A DNA stretch of 55,128 bases from a virus (Duplodnaviria; Caudoviricetes): positions 1 to 55,128 of the IMG/VR virus record IMGVR_UViG_3300034126_000032; one strand, 5' to 3'. Shown one piece after another: positions 34,131-44,434 of the stretch. Under the pieces are notes generated by a model. The model did no database searches, was not told the origin of the DNA, and saw nothing but the letters and a program-made list of their open reading frames with translations. Made by a program: the position numbers and the translations under genes. The number at the start of each line of letters is the position of its first letter. Position 1 is the first letter of the stretch.

Positions 34131-36622
34131 TGGACTTGGCAGCCAAGTATCTGAAACGTACCCGGATCAGACGCTGGTACGACTCACCCACATGCTGGGC
34201 CCAAGACTGCCTCCCGAACGTGAACCTGGCCGGGTATCAAGGGGAAGTGCTGGACGCTCTCCCCCAACGGAAGAGAGTGGCCCTACGCGGGCCGCATGGC
34301 CTGGGAAAAGCGAGTACACTTTCTACCGTGCTTACCACTCCCGTGGGATGGACCACGATAGAAGACGTCCAGATCGGTGACCAGGTCCTAGACGAGAACG
34401 GCAAGCCCTGCCGCGTAACCAGAAAGTCACCGATCTGGATTGGGCCGACGTATGAACTGGAGTTCGCCAACGGTGCGGTAGAGACGGTGCATGGCGAGCA
34501 TGAGTGGAACGTGATCGACGTCTACGACCGGCCAAGAGGAATCATCGATTGGCGCGACCACTGGGCCGCCACCCGTACCCGGACCACCGCGCACCTAGCC
34601 GAGACGCTGCGGACTAAGGGTGGTCAGCTCAGATGGCGGGTACCGACCGCCCAGCCGTTGGAACTACCAACCCAACTCGGATTAACGGTGGACCCGTACA
34701 CGCTCGGGATTTGGCTGGGCGATGGATCAACCGACAACGGTTCCATCTGCATCAACAGGGAAGACTCCGGGCTCATCTCGTCGCGCCTTATGAAGGGCCA
34801 CTTCGTACCGTCCGGGGAACGTCGCGAGGGCTCTCGGATCTACCGAATCCCCGGCCTGATGGCCCAACTCAGAACCCTCGGCGTGCTAGGCAACAAGCAC
34901 ATCCCGATGGCCTACCTCCGGGCGTCTATCGAACAGCGTCAGGAGCTAGTGCGTGGACTCTGGGACTCAGACGGTTACCGGCAGGCAAGCGGCTCCGACG
35001 AGATCACCCTGACCAACAAGCGGTTAGCCGATGACGTCGCCGAGCTGCTGCGCACGCTCGGCCTAGTAGTCCGGATGAATGTAGGTCGGGCCAGAATCGG
35101 GGACGTCGACTACGGCCCGAAGTATCGGATTGGTGTTCGGTTCGATTTCAACCCGTACCACCTCCTCCGCTACGACTGGGTGCCACGCGGAGCCCAGGCG
35201 TCCCGGCATACCCAGCACACGATCGTTGACATTCGGCGCGTAGCCGACCAGCCGACACAGTGCATAGAGGTGGACTCACCGAGCCACCTTTACCTGACCG
35301 GGGAGGCGATGATCCCCACGCACAACAGCTTCTTAGGCGCGGTCCTGGTGAACTGGTTCGCGACGACGAGGAATATGGCCGGCCGCGACTGGAAAATCAT
35401 CACCACCGCGTCAGCCTGGCGCCACCTCGAGGTGTACCTGTGGCCGGAAATCCACAAATGGGCCGGGTGCATCGACTTCGGCATCCTCGGTATGGCCCCG
35501 TACAACCCGCGCACCGAGCTGTTGGACCTGCGGCTGAAACTGTCCTGCGGGGCGGCCACCGCCGTGGCCTCCAACCAGCCGGAGAGGATCGAGGGTGCTC
35601 ACGCGGGGGAGCTGCTGTACCTGCTCGATGAGGCGAAGATTGTGCCGCCGGCCACCTGGGACTCGATCGAGGGCGCGTTTTCGAACGCGGGCCCGGAAAC
35701 CGCGGACAACGCGTACGCGTTCGCCATGAGCACACCGGGCCCGCCGTCCGGCAGGTTTTATGAAATTCACCGGCGGGCGCCCGGGTATGAGGACTGGTGG
35801 ACCCGCCACGTCACCATCGACGAGGCCGTCGAGGCTGGGCGGATCTCCCGAACCTGGGTGGACCAGCGGCGCCTACAGTGGGGTGCCGACTCCGCCGTCT
35901 ACCACAACCGGGTCCTCGGCGAGTTCCACGCCAGTGATGAGGACTCCGTCATCCCCCTCGCCTGGTTGGAAGCGGCCATCGAACGGTGGCACGACTGGGA
36001 CCGCGCCGGCCGCCCCTCACCCGGCGGCCCGCTCTGGACCGGTGTTGACGTCGGCCGCGGTGGCGACGAATCCGTTCTCGCCCATAGGGACGGTTGGGCA
36101 ATCACCCTCGAAGGCAACCGGCGTAGGGACACCATGTCCCAAGTCGCCGCCCTGCAAGGATTGGACGGCAGGGCAATCATCGACGTGATCGGTGTCGGTG
36201 CGGGGGTGTATGACCGGTTGCGTGAAACCGGGGCCCGGCCGCTCGCCTATACGGGGTCAAGTAGGGCAAATGTGAGAGATCGGTCAAATCGCTACGGTTT
36301 TGCGAACTGCCGGAGCGCAGCCTATTGGAATTTGCGCGAGCTGTTGGATCCGGCGTATGAGCCGATGCTGGCGTTACCCCCGGACGATTTGATGATCTCT
36401 GATCTGACTACCCCGACGTGGAGTGTGGTTACGGGGACTCCGCCGAAGTACCAGGTGGAGACGAAGGACAAGGTGGTCGAGCGGCTGGGCCGGAGTCCTG
36501 ACCGCGGTGACGCCATAGCCATGAGCCTGTGGGCTGATCGGCATCAGGGTGCCGGATCGTTCGCCGAACCGGTCGGGTCGATGCCGGTGACCAGCCTGAG
36601 TCCGGCCCGGCTGACCGGTTGA
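34130..36622 (+). CDS. terL: Terminase large subunit containing an intein
   Basis: GPHGLGK|S Walker A, LLDEA Walker B, STP, GVDVGRGGD, SPDRGDA nuclease motifs. Confidence 0.95.
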   Translation: MDLAAKYLKRTRIRRWYDSPTCWAQDCLPNVNLAGYQGEVLDALPQRKRVALRGPHGLGKASTLSTVLTTPVGWTTIEDVQIGDQVLDENGKPCRVTRKSPIWIGPTYELEFANGAVETVHGEHEWNVIDVYDRPRGIIDWRDHWAATRTRTTAHLAETLRTKGGQLRWRVPTAQPLELPTQLGLTVDPYTLGIWLGDGSTDNGSICINREDSGLISSRLMKGHFVPSGERREGSRIYRIPGLMAQLRTLGVLGNKHIPMAYLRASIEQRQELVRGLWDSDGYRQASGSDEITLTNKRLADDVAELLRTLGLVVRMNVGRARIGDVDYGPKYRIGVRFDFNPYHLLRYDWVPRGAQASRHTQHTIVDIRRVADQPTQCIEVDSPSHLYLTGEAMIPTHNSFLGAVLVNWFATTRNMAGRDWKIITTASAWRHLEVYLWPEIHKWAGCIDFGILGMAPYNPRTELLDLRLKLSCGAATAVASNQPERIEGAHAGELLYLLDEAKIVPPATWDSIEGAFSNAGPETADNAYAFAMSTPGPPSGRFYEIHRRAPGYEDWWTRHVTIDEAVEAGRISRTWVDQRRLQWGADSAVYHNRVLGEFHASDEDSVIPLAWLEAAIERWHDWDRAGRPSPGGPLWTGVDVGRGGDESVLAHRDGWAITLEGNRRRDTMSQVAALQGLDGRAIIDVIGVGAGVYDRLRETGARPLAYTGSSRANVRDRSNRYGFANCRSAAYWNLRELLDPAYEPMLALPPDDLMISDLTTPTWSVVTGTPPKYQVETKDKVVERLGRSPDRGDAIAMSLWADRHQGAGSFAEPVGSMPVTSLSPARLTG
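34310..35326 (+). mobile_element. Intein (339 aa, Ala1, class-3-type) with LAGLIDADG homing endonuclease
   Basis: Starts ASTLST after GLGK; HEW block B; LGIWLGDG and LVRGLWDSDG; QCIEVD block F; ends PTHN|S. Confidence 0.9.
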
Positions 36623-36647
36623 CACTTGCCCGTCACGCCTGTAAGGT
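36619..36647 (+). promoter_or_regulatory. Consensus sigma70 promoter for leaderless gene
   Basis: TTGACA-17nt-TAAGGT, ATG 7 nt downstream. Confidence 0.8.
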
Positions 36648-36654
36648 TGTGGGC

Positions 36655-37053
36655 ATGACAAACACCAGATGGTCCATCGTCCTCGACACCCTTGACCAAG
36701 CTGTGTACCTCATCGACACGATCGGCATGGACGGCGCCCGTCACCACACCGAGATCGCCGAAGACACCCACGCCACCGTGATCATGAGCGGCGACGACCT
36801 GGACATCCTTGCCGGCTTGACCGATGAGGACGACGGGTACTTCGACGGGACGCACGTATGGATCGGTGGCCGCGACTATCCGGTCGTGCGGGCCGACGTG
36901 GCGGCCGAGGAAGCATTCCACCAGACCGGGCAGCGCAACGCCATCGGCGGGTACATCGGCTGCGACGGCCCCCAGTGCTGGGGCCTCATCCAGCAGATTT
37001 CCGCCGACAACCTCGGACACAAAATCCAAGAGGCCGGCAGGCGACCGGCGTAG
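36655..37053 (+). CDS. Hypothetical protein (moron-like)
   Basis: Leaderless ATG after promoter; high GC3. Confidence 0.65.
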   Translation: MTNTRWSIVLDTLDQAVYLIDTIGMDGARHHTEIAEDTHATVIMSGDDLDILAGLTDEDDGYFDGTHVWIGGRDYPVVRADVAAEEAFHQTGQRNAIGGYIGCDGPQCWGLIQQISADNLGHKIQEAGRRPA

Positions 37054-37093
37054 CGCTACCGAGGTGCACACTGGGTGGTGGAGGTGGTGCCCG

Positions 37094-37285
37094 ATGGTCA
37101 GCTCGGCCGGCGGTCGAAAAGGGTACGTCGCGAAAAGCAGGCACCGGGCCTACAAGGCACTACGCCGTAAGGGCGCGTCGAAGAGCAAAGCCGCCCGCAT
37201 CGCGAACGCCGGTGTCACTCGGGCACAACGCAGCATCATGGCGAGGAAAGCAGCGAGGACCAGGCGCTCCAAGAGCGGGAACTGA
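37094..37285 (+). CDS. Small basic protein
   Basis: YKALRRKGASKSKAARIAN; GGAGG RBS. Confidence 0.7.
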   Translation: MVSSAGGRKGYVAKSRHRAYKALRRKGASKSKAARIANAGVTRAQRSIMARKAARTRRSKSGN

Positions 37286-37941
37286 TGTCCGCCTGGCGCT
37301 TGAACGCGTTCCTGACCTCATGGAGAGCAGCTATTGACTGGGAGTTCCCACACCGGACAAGACTGTCCGACGGCACGCTTGGCGATCTAGCCCACTCCAA
37401 GACGGTGAGCGAGCACAACCCGGATTCAGACGGAAGCGTTGACGCGTACGATTGCGACCTGAACCTGTTCGGGTCCAGCAACCCGCTCGGTTCGGTCGCC
37501 GAGGTCAAGGCGATGCACGAGCTGATCGCCGAGTTTCAGCATCAGACCCAGGCCCAGCTGTGGATTTTCCAGCGGAATATCGCGAACCGGGACATCGGCA
37601 ACTGGAAGGTCCGGGCCTATGCCGGGTCCTCCCCGCACGATCACCATGCGCATTTTCAGTCGGTGCAGACCCGGGAACGTCAGCCGTATACCGGTGACCT
37701 GGACCGGGTGTTCACGGCGATCAACGCTAAACCGGCCGCGGCCAAGCTTGGCAGCCGCACCTTGGAACGTGGCATGACCGGGCCTGACGTGGCGTACGTC
37801 CAACGCTGGTTGGGCATCGATGATGACGGTATCTTCGGTCCGGACACTCAGGCGGCGGTGCTGGCGTACCAGCGGATGCGCGGAATCCCGGCGAATGGGC
37901 AGGTCGACGCAACCACCTGGGTGCAGCTCGGCATCCGCTAA
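37285..37941 (+). CDS. Endolysin (Zn-peptidase-like domain + PG_binding_1)
   Basis: GDLAH..SEHNPD...AYD, HDHHAH; LERGMTGPDVAYVQRWL..DGIFGPDT..AV..YQ. Confidence 0.85.
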   Translation: MSAWRLNAFLTSWRAAIDWEFPHRTRLSDGTLGDLAHSKTVSEHNPDSDGSVDAYDCDLNLFGSSNPLGSVAEVKAMHELIAEFQHQTQAQLWIFQRNIANRDIGNWKVRAYAGSSPHDHHAHFQSVQTRERQPYTGDLDRVFTAINAKPAAAKLGSRTLERGMTGPDVAYVQRWLGIDDDGIFGPDTQAAVLAYQRMRGIPANGQVDATTWVQLGIR

Positions 37942-38179
37942 CGCCGGCGGCCCGCAGGCGGGCACTTTGAACAGGTGATATTCGACGGGTGTGGTTGCCA
38001 CGGGGGCCCGTGACGTATCGCGTCGTTTTGGCAGCCGATCCCGGGTGGGCAGCGGAAGATCCGTGTGCCTGGCATACCGAACGGGCGGAGCCTGTGCTCG
38101 GTCAGGTCGTTGCCAGCTCGCTGGCAGAACCAGCAGCGGGGGACAGGCGGGGGTGGCCAGCTGTCCGGTGTTGGTGGCA

Positions 38180-38374
38180 TCAGAATCCGCCGGCGTACCG
38201 GTTGAGTTCGGCTTTCAGCTGTTCGCATACGCCGATCAGGTCGGCGAGTTGGTCACCGATGTGGGCTGCCCATGTGGTTGAGTTTCGTGCTGATTCGACG
38301 ATTGGGCTGGCACCTACCGCTGTGATGATCATGTTCAGGGTGGTCTGTTGCTGTTCCCTCGCCGCCATGATCAT
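38180..38374 (-). CDS. Hypothetical protein
   Basis: Short helical ORF. Confidence 0.4.
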   Translation of the reverse strand: MIMAAREQQQTTLNMIITAVGASPIVESARNSTTWAAHIGDQLADLIGVCEQLKAELNRYAGGF

Positions 38375-38626
38375 CGCTTATAGTTCGTCGACAGCGGTGC
38401 CAGCGAACCCGACACCCTCAAAATGCGAATCCCGACTCTGCATCTCACTCCCTATCTGGATTACGGGACCGGTGGGAACCCCGCCCAAGGCCCTGGCCTT
38501 GGGACCGGAGCACAGCCTTCGGGTCAGGCCGGTCGTCAGCCTCAACCCGGGGGCCGACCACCTGAACGTCAGCCGGCAGCATGCCGCTGCGGATCTTGTC
38601 GGAGATTTTCCCGCTAAGGAACCGCA

Positions 38627-38845
38627 TCAGAGTAGGACCTGTGTTCGTAGGCAGCCCCGGCATGTCACCGACCGGGTGGTGAGTACTGCCCCACCAGCAA
38701 CGGACAGGGTCCGCCCGCAGTCGGTGACATAACTGTTGCCGTCGACCGATGAGGTGAATGTGCTGTTCACGGCGTGGACAGGTCCACGGCCTAAGCATCT
38801 GACCTGCCGGGCCATCCGGTTGATCTGATCCTCAGGCATCGGCAC
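38627..38845 (-). CDS. Small Zn-finger-like protein
   Basis: AGGAGG RBS; VH...CG...VTCRGC. Confidence 0.55.
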   Translation of the reverse strand: MPMPEDQINRMARQVRCLGRGPVHAVNSTFTSSVDGNSYVTDCGRTLSVAGGAVLTTRSVTCRGCLRTQVLL

Positions 38846-38851
38846 CTCCTG

Positions 38852-38881
38852 TTGACAACATACCAGCCATGCCGGTAACGT
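38852..38881 (+). promoter_or_regulatory. Sigma70 promoter for leaderless gene
   Basis: TTGACA-18nt-TAACGT, GTG 7 nt downstream. Confidence 0.7.
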
Positions 38882-38888
38882 TCAACCT

Positions 38889-39080
38889 GTGAAGCTAGTC
38901 GTATTCGCCGATTCCGACCCAGACGTGGCCATCACCTTCGCCTACACCACCGAAACACCCGGCCATACCAGAGGCTGGCACGGCACCTGCACCAACTGCG
39001 GCCAGACCGTGCATTCTTTCACCGAGGGCGCCGCGTTCACCACCGGCCAAACCCACGCCAACACCTGCGCCCAGCTCTAA
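38889..39080 (+). CDS. Small Zn-binding hypothetical protein
   Basis: CTNCG...H...C. Confidence 0.55.
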   Translation: MKLVVFADSDPDVAITFAYTTETPGHTRGWHGTCTNCGQTVHSFTEGAAFTTGQTHANTCAQL

Positions 39081-39100
39081 CCGAAACCACGAGGGACATA

Positions 39101-39730
39101 GTGAGTAACCACCGGCCCCGCACCGACCCCGGACCACCCATCCCCACCATCGTCTCCAGCGCCCTACTCACCCTTACCATCGCCGTCACCAGCGCATGGA
39201 TCATCCTCGGTGACGGCCCCACCGACGCCCGCCACATCGTCGGATTCCTCCTCGGAAACTGCCTGGCCGTCGTCACGTTCGCCCAGACCGTCATATGGGC
39301 GTCTGAACGTGCAACAGCCCAAGCCCGGATCCGCAGGTTCAAAGACCTCGAAGAATGCCAGGACCAGCAGCGCAAACTTCAAAGCTCGTGGGTGCGGTCG
39401 GAGAAATCCTTCGTGGGCCCCCACGCGACTGGTGTCGCACGGCCCGCAGCTAACCCCTGGGCCCGGCCAGTCACCGGGTACACCGGTGGTGACCGGACGG
39501 AACCGTGGGTGACAGCCCAGACTGAAGTGCTGCGCACCGACGGCAGGGCAGCCGAAACCCAGGTCCTGATCACCGGCGACGCTGTGCTGGTCACGGGCGA
39601 CGCCGCGACCGGGACCGAAACGCAGGTCCTGGCGACGGGCGGAGCGGCCGAAACGCAGGTGATGGTCACCGGTGAGGCAGCCGAAACGCAGGTGCTGGCC
39701 ACCCTGATGCCCACAGTCGATGAACACTGA
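39101..39730 (+). CDS. Membrane protein with C-terminal ETQV repeats
   Basis: Two TM segments; AAETQVL-type repeats. Confidence 0.6.
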   Translation: MSNHRPRTDPGPPIPTIVSSALLTLTIAVTSAWIILGDGPTDARHIVGFLLGNCLAVVTFAQTVIWASERATAQARIRRFKDLEECQDQQRKLQSSWVRSEKSFVGPHATGVARPAANPWARPVTGYTGGDRTEPWVTAQTEVLRTDGRAAETQVLITGDAVLVTGDAATGTETQVLATGGAAETQVMVTGEAAETQVLATLMPTVDEH

Positions 39731-40001
39731 CTGCGCTGTTCACAGCAAAACCATCGAAACCTTGCAAACCCAGATCGCAGCGTTGGAGACCAGTCTGGCC
39801 CGTACAGAGAACGCCCGGCTGGTCCTCTTTTACTTCCTCCTCGCCGTTGACGAGGCCATCCGGAACCAGCGCTCGGACACCACTACCCGGATGTTGTTCA
39901 CGTGGCTTACCCGGGCTAGCCGGAAAGTCCACGCAGCCCACACCCTGGCGTGGGCACCGGTCTGCAAACCCTCGGAAGGAGAAACATGTCCGCGTCCATA
40001 G
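39720..40001 (+). CDS. Hypothetical protein
   Basis: Overlapping operon ORF. Confidence 0.5.
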   Translation: MNTDCAVHSKTIETLQTQIAALETSLARTENARLVLFYFLLAVDEAIRNQRSDTTTRMLFTWLTRASRKVHAAHTLAWAPVCKPSEGETCPRP

Positions 40002-40165
40002 CCGCACGGCAAGCGGAAACCGCCCGGATCATCGCCGCGACCCGACCCTTCCGCACCCCCCAATGCCGGCGCTGCCTACGTTCTCTTGCCCTCGCCAACG
40101 GCCAACCACGGTGGGAAATCCTCCACCCATGGGGACTCGTCTGCCTCGAAAGGTGCCTGCCTTGA
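39986..40165 (+). CDS. Small Zn-finger-like protein
   Basis: GGAAGGAG RBS; CRRC...CLERC. Confidence 0.5.
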   Translation: MSASIAARQAETARIIAATRPFRTPQCRRCLRSLALANGQPRWEILHPWGLVCLERCLP

Positions 40166-40494
40166 CCACCGACACAGCCCCCACCCGCCCTCGACCACCC
40201 CGCCCTCGACCACCCCGCCCCGACCACCCCGCCCTAGGACAGCCGGCAGTGACTGATGACCTGGCGGAGCTAGCCCGGCTCATCACCGAATTGAACCGGG
40301 TCGCCGCACGCCTCTACACCACCCACCTCGCACCGCGGCACTGCGACGACTGCGGACGCCCCGAACAGTCCTGGCAACCTGTCCATGACCCGGCCGGGCG
40401 CATCACCGGGTGGCGTGGCCCTACCTGCGCCCGACGACGCGGCACCGGCGACCAGTTGCCTCTCGACTCTGAAGATACGGAGGTGACGTCATGA
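40162..40494 (+). CDS. Hypothetical Zn-finger-like protein with 15-bp repeat at 5' end
   Basis: CDDCGR...GPTCARR; CCGCCCTCGACCACC repeats. Confidence 0.45.
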   Translation: MTTDTAPTRPRPPRPRPPRPDHPALGQPAVTDDLAELARLITELNRVAARLYTTHLAPRHCDDCGRPEQSWQPVHDPAGRITGWRGPTCARRRGTGDQLPLDSEDTEVTS

Positions 40495-40563
40495 GCCTTG
40501 ACGGCTGCGGTGCGGCGGCCTCAGCACCTGAGATGCCCCCTCGATAACCGTAGACTGGCCAGC

Positions 40564-40875
40564 ATGGTGACCCCGGTGTGGCTACAACTCATCATCTACA
40601 CGCTGGCCGTCATGCGCATAACCGGCCTCACCGTCACCGACACGATCACCGAACCAGTCCGAGACGCACTCCTAGTCTGGTTAGACGACCGCCCGAAAAC
40701 CCTCGGTGCGTTCATCGCAGGCTTGATCAAATGCCCGTGGTGTGTGTCAATCTGGGTAGGCGGCATCACCGCACCCCTAGTCTGGGTTGCCGGCAACAAC
40801 CCGATCATGCTGATCCCAGCGCTTATGCTGGCTTTCAGCCAGGTCACTGGCATGACTCACACCCTGGGTAGGTAA
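40564..40875 (+). CDS. DUF1360 membrane protein
   Basis: RIT.L...DTITEPVR, LIKCPWCVSIW. Confidence 0.8.
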   Translation: MVTPVWLQLIIYTLAVMRITGLTVTDTITEPVRDALLVWLDDRPKTLGAFIAGLIKCPWCVSIWVGGITAPLVWVAGNNPIMLIPALMLAFSQVTGMTHTLGR

Positions 40876-40878
40876 ATC

Positions 40879-42852
40879 GTGGCGCTGAAACGACCCAAAC
40901 AAGTCGAGCCTGCCACCACCACACCCAAACCGTACGACCCGTTCGCAGCCGAGCACGTCCAACACCGCACCGCCCTCGCCGGTGCCACCGCTGTTGTCGA
41001 CCTCGGCGACAACTCCTCCTGGCGGACGTGGAAATTCGGCAACCGTGACTGGCAAGCCGAAGCGTGGCGCCTCTACGACATCATCGGTGAGCTGCACAAA
41101 CTGTCCGGCCGGGTCGGTGACTCCGTCGCCCAAGCCCGCCTGTACGTCACCGAAGTCGATCAGACCGGGGAAGAACAAGGCGAAGTCGAAGACGAAAACA
41201 TTCGCCGCCTCGCCGCGGTCCCCCTCGGCACCGGTAGCCAACGCGACGACAACCTCCGCCTAGCCGGGGTGGATTTGGCCGTCGGCGGGGAATGCTGGAT
41301 CGTCGGCGAGAACGCCGCCACCAACCCCGAGCAGGCCGAAGGTTCCTGGTTCGTAGTCACCGGTGCCGCCCTCACCCGCGAAGGCGCCCAGGTCAAAGTG
41401 CGTCGCCCGCAGCAACGCGGCGGGGCCAAACTCACCCTCACCGACGGTAAGGACATCCTCATCCGGTGCTGGCGTCCACACCCCAACGACACCGACCAAG
41501 CCGACAGCTTCACCCGCTCCGCCATCGTCCCCCTCCGCGAAATCGAGCTGCTCACCAAACGGGAGTTCGCCGAGCTCGACTCCCGGCTCACCGGTGCCGG
41601 AGTCTGGTTCCTGCCAGAGGGCATCGACTTCCCCCGCGCCGACAGTGACCCGGCCGGGATCGCCGGGTTCATGTCCTACATGCAACGTGCTGCCGCTGCT
41701 TCCATGGCAGACCAGGGTGTGGCATCCGCCATGGTCCCCATCATGGCGACCCTGCCCGACCAGATGATCGAACAACTCGACAAGATCAAACCGGTGAACT
41801 TCTGGTCCGAACTGTCCGCCGAAATCGGGCCGATGAAAGACAAAGCCATCGGCCGGGTCGCATCCATGGCGGAAATCCCCGCCGAAGTCCTCACCGGCAT
41901 CGGATCAACCAACCACTGGTCAGGATGGTTGATCTCCGAAGAGGGAATCCGCTGGATCCGCTCCTACCTCGGCCTCATCGCTGACGCCCTCACCCGCGGT
42001 TTCCTCCACCTCGCCCTAACATCCATGGGCGTCCCCAACCCCGAACGGTACGCGTTCACGTTCGACACATCTTCCCTGGCCGCTAAACCGAACCGGCTCG
42101 AAGATGCCCTACAGCTCCACGACCGGTTCTTACTCTCCGATGTTGAGACGGTCAAAGCCGGTGCGTTCGACATCGACGTCATGCCAACCATCCCAGACCG
42201 GGCCGCGCAAATTTTGCTGAAACTGGTCACCACCCAACCTGACCTCATCCTCGACCCAGCCGTCCAGCAACTCCTCGGGCTGCCGGCTGTGAAGAGTGTC
42301 GGTGTGCCTGCCACCGCCGGGCAGAACACGGATGGTATGGACCCGGCTGCTGACAGTCCGGCCGTGGACGGCCCACCCAACAACGGCACCATGCCTGATC
42401 AACCAGCCGACACAGGCTCAGCGCGGGCTATCACCGCCGCACTAGACCACCGGATCCGCGCGTTGACCGCCACCCGGGTGACTACCCCACCATCCCCACA
42501 GATGGTATTCAACGCCAGCGCGAAACTTATGGTGATGCGAGCACTCGAACTAGCCGGCGGACGCCTGACCACACCGCAGGAGCGACGCGGCCGGTGGGCT
42601 GACGTCCCACGCCACGAACTGCACCATCATGTCGGACCGATCACACCGGCGAAAGCCACCCAGGTAACCGCGGGTGCGTGGACCCACGTCGCCCTAGTGG
42701 CCTCAGACCTAGACGTCGACCCAGACGACCTCGGTGCGCTGCTATCCGGGTACGTACACGAGTTGTTAACCCGCGGTGTCCGCCACCACGATGATCTTTT
42801 GTACGCTGCATTGGCGGTCGCCAACCGGGGAAACGGGCTGGTGACAGCATGA
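40879..42852 (+). CDS. Portal protein
   Basis: WQAEAWRLYDIIGEL, RCWRPHP...ADS, GAGVWFLP, PAEVLTG..STNHWSGW. Confidence 0.85.
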   Translation: MALKRPKQVEPATTTPKPYDPFAAEHVQHRTALAGATAVVDLGDNSSWRTWKFGNRDWQAEAWRLYDIIGELHKLSGRVGDSVAQARLYVTEVDQTGEEQGEVEDENIRRLAAVPLGTGSQRDDNLRLAGVDLAVGGECWIVGENAATNPEQAEGSWFVVTGAALTREGAQVKVRRPQQRGGAKLTLTDGKDILIRCWRPHPNDTDQADSFTRSAIVPLREIELLTKREFAELDSRLTGAGVWFLPEGIDFPRADSDPAGIAGFMSYMQRAAAASMADQGVASAMVPIMATLPDQMIEQLDKIKPVNFWSELSAEIGPMKDKAIGRVASMAEIPAEVLTGIGSTNHWSGWLISEEGIRWIRSYLGLIADALTRGFLHLALTSMGVPNPERYAFTFDTSSLAAKPNRLEDALQLHDRFLLSDVETVKAGAFDIDVMPTIPDRAAQILLKLVTTQPDLILDPAVQQLLGLPAVKSVGVPATAGQNTDGMDPAADSPAVDGPPNNGTMPDQPADTGSARAITAALDHRIRALTATRVTTPPSPQMVFNASAKLMVMRALELAGGRLTTPQERRGRWADVPRHELHHHVGPITPAKATQVTAGAWTHVALVASDLDVDPDDLGALLSGYVHELLTRGVRHHDDLLYAALAVANRGNGLVTA

Positions 42853-43664
42853 CCGGTGAAATCTGGGACGGCGTCGGTGACGATCCGTGGTTGCCGCAGC
42901 GGTTGGAAGCCCGAGCTGAAACCGCCGCCGTGGAACGCAGCATCCGCGAAGCCGTATGGTCCGCACTGTCCGCATGGCTGGTAAAACTATCCCGCCGGGT
43001 GATCCGCGGAGACGCACCACCTAACCTGAGCGCCGTCTGGGCCTTGGCCCCACTCTGGCACGACGCCGTCGACATGATCATCCATGGTGAAATCCTCAAA
43101 GCCATCGGAGTCGCGTTCACCCGGGTCCTCGGCCCCGACTACCCGTTCGCCGCCAGGCCCGCCGTCGTCGCCCACTTGGCCGAAACCCGCAACCAGCTCG
43201 TACGCGTCCCCGACGAGGTATACGACCTCGTCGCCGGCGAAATCGCCCAAGGTGTGAACGTGGGCGAATCCATCCCGAAACTATCCGCCCGCATCGACGA
43301 AGTCCTGGCGACAGCAGGATCGGAACGCTGGTCGAACAGGGCCACCACCATCGCCAGATCCGAAACAATCTCAGCATTGAATGTGGGCCGCACCGACGCA
43401 TTCCAAGTCGTAGCAGACGACTCCGATGTACCAATGGAGATGCTTTGGATCGCCACCGACGACTCACGCACACGCCCAACCCACCGCATAGCCGAAGGCC
43501 AACGCGTCCCCGTAGGCCAACCCTTCATCGTCGGCGGCTACCCCCTCATGTTCCCCGGAGACCCACTCGGACCACCACAAGAGCGGATAAATTGCCGATG
43601 TGTCCCACTTTTGGTCGAAAAGGGCGAAACGGTGGACATGACCAACCGGCAGATGAGGAGATAG
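42849..43664 (+). CDS. MuF-like phage minor head protein
   Basis: RATTIARSE, WIATDDSRTRPTH, PGDP.GP..ERINCRC. Confidence 0.9.
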   Translation: MTGEIWDGVGDDPWLPQRLEARAETAAVERSIREAVWSALSAWLVKLSRRVIRGDAPPNLSAVWALAPLWHDAVDMIIHGEILKAIGVAFTRVLGPDYPFAARPAVVAHLAETRNQLVRVPDEVYDLVAGEIAQGVNVGESIPKLSARIDEVLATAGSERWSNRATTIARSETISALNVGRTDAFQVVADDSDVPMEMLWIATDDSRTRPTHRIAEGQRVPVGQPFIVGGYPLMFPGDPLGPPQERINCRCVPLLVEKGETVDMTNRQMRR

Positions 43665-43671
43665 CCCCAAC

Positions 43672-44430
43672 ATGGCCAATCTGCTCTGCGCCAAGCCCCT
43701 CCAGGGAAGTACCGTGCGCGTCACCATGCTCGACGCATGCGGTAACCCGCTACTCACCGAATGCGCTTACGCTGTCAGCGACGGTTTCGTATCCGTCACG
43801 CTCACCCCGAACGTAGACGAAGGCGAACGACTCTACGTTCGCAACTCCGACGGAGAACCGGTAATCAACCAGCGGGCCAAACCAAACCTCAACTGGTACG
43901 ACATTAGCCTGATATTTCAGGAGGTGGACTTTGAACTGTTCACCACCCTGACCGGGCTACTACCCAACGAGGACGACCTAGGACGCACCACCGGTTTCCT
44001 GGTCACTGAATCACGTTACGGAACCGGTAGCTTCGCCCTCGAAGTATGGATGGGCAACGCAGAAGAAGAATGCGCCCCCGGTGATGTTCTCCCATTCCAC
44101 GGCTACAACCTCCTCCCCTGGGTGGTAGAAGGTTCACTATCCGGAGACATCACCATCACGAATGATCTGATCACGTTCACTGTCACCGGCCGAACACGCA
44201 ACGGCACCTCCTGGGGGGTTGGCCCATACGATGTGGTACTCGACACCCTCGGCACCCCATCCCCCCTGTTCACCGCCATCCCGATAGACACGCATCACCT
44301 ACCGATTTGGACCCAACTAGCCCCACCAGCACCGGCGTCTTGCGGATGCCCTGCAGCGCTACCCGCCGGACTGCTCTACCCCGCACTAGACCTCTACCCC
44401 GCACTCAACCTCTACCCGATCGGAGCCTAA
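43672..44430 (+). CDS. Major tail protein paralogue with C-terminal LYP repeats
   Basis: Colinear and highly similar to 1041-1733; extra LYPALDLYPALNLYP. Confidence 0.8.
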   Translation: MANLLCAKPLQGSTVRVTMLDACGNPLLTECAYAVSDGFVSVTLTPNVDEGERLYVRNSDGEPVINQRAKPNLNWYDISLIFQEVDFELFTTLTGLLPNEDDLGRTTGFLVTESRYGTGSFALEVWMGNAEEECAPGDVLPFHGYNLLPWVVEGSLSGDITITNDLITFTVTGRTRNGTSWGVGPYDVVLDTLGTPSPLFTAIPIDTHHLPIWTQLAPPAPASCGCPAALPAGLLYPALDLYPALNLYPIGA

Positions 44431-44434
44431 CCCC

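Noticed and set aside
37938-38626. Several short ORFs on both strands after the endolysin
   Set aside because: Apart from 38180-38374 (listed at low confidence), the coding frame cannot be determined from sequence alone
40183-40235. 15-bp CCGCCCTCGACCACC tandem repeat as a regulatory array
   Set aside because: Simple low-complexity slippage repeat
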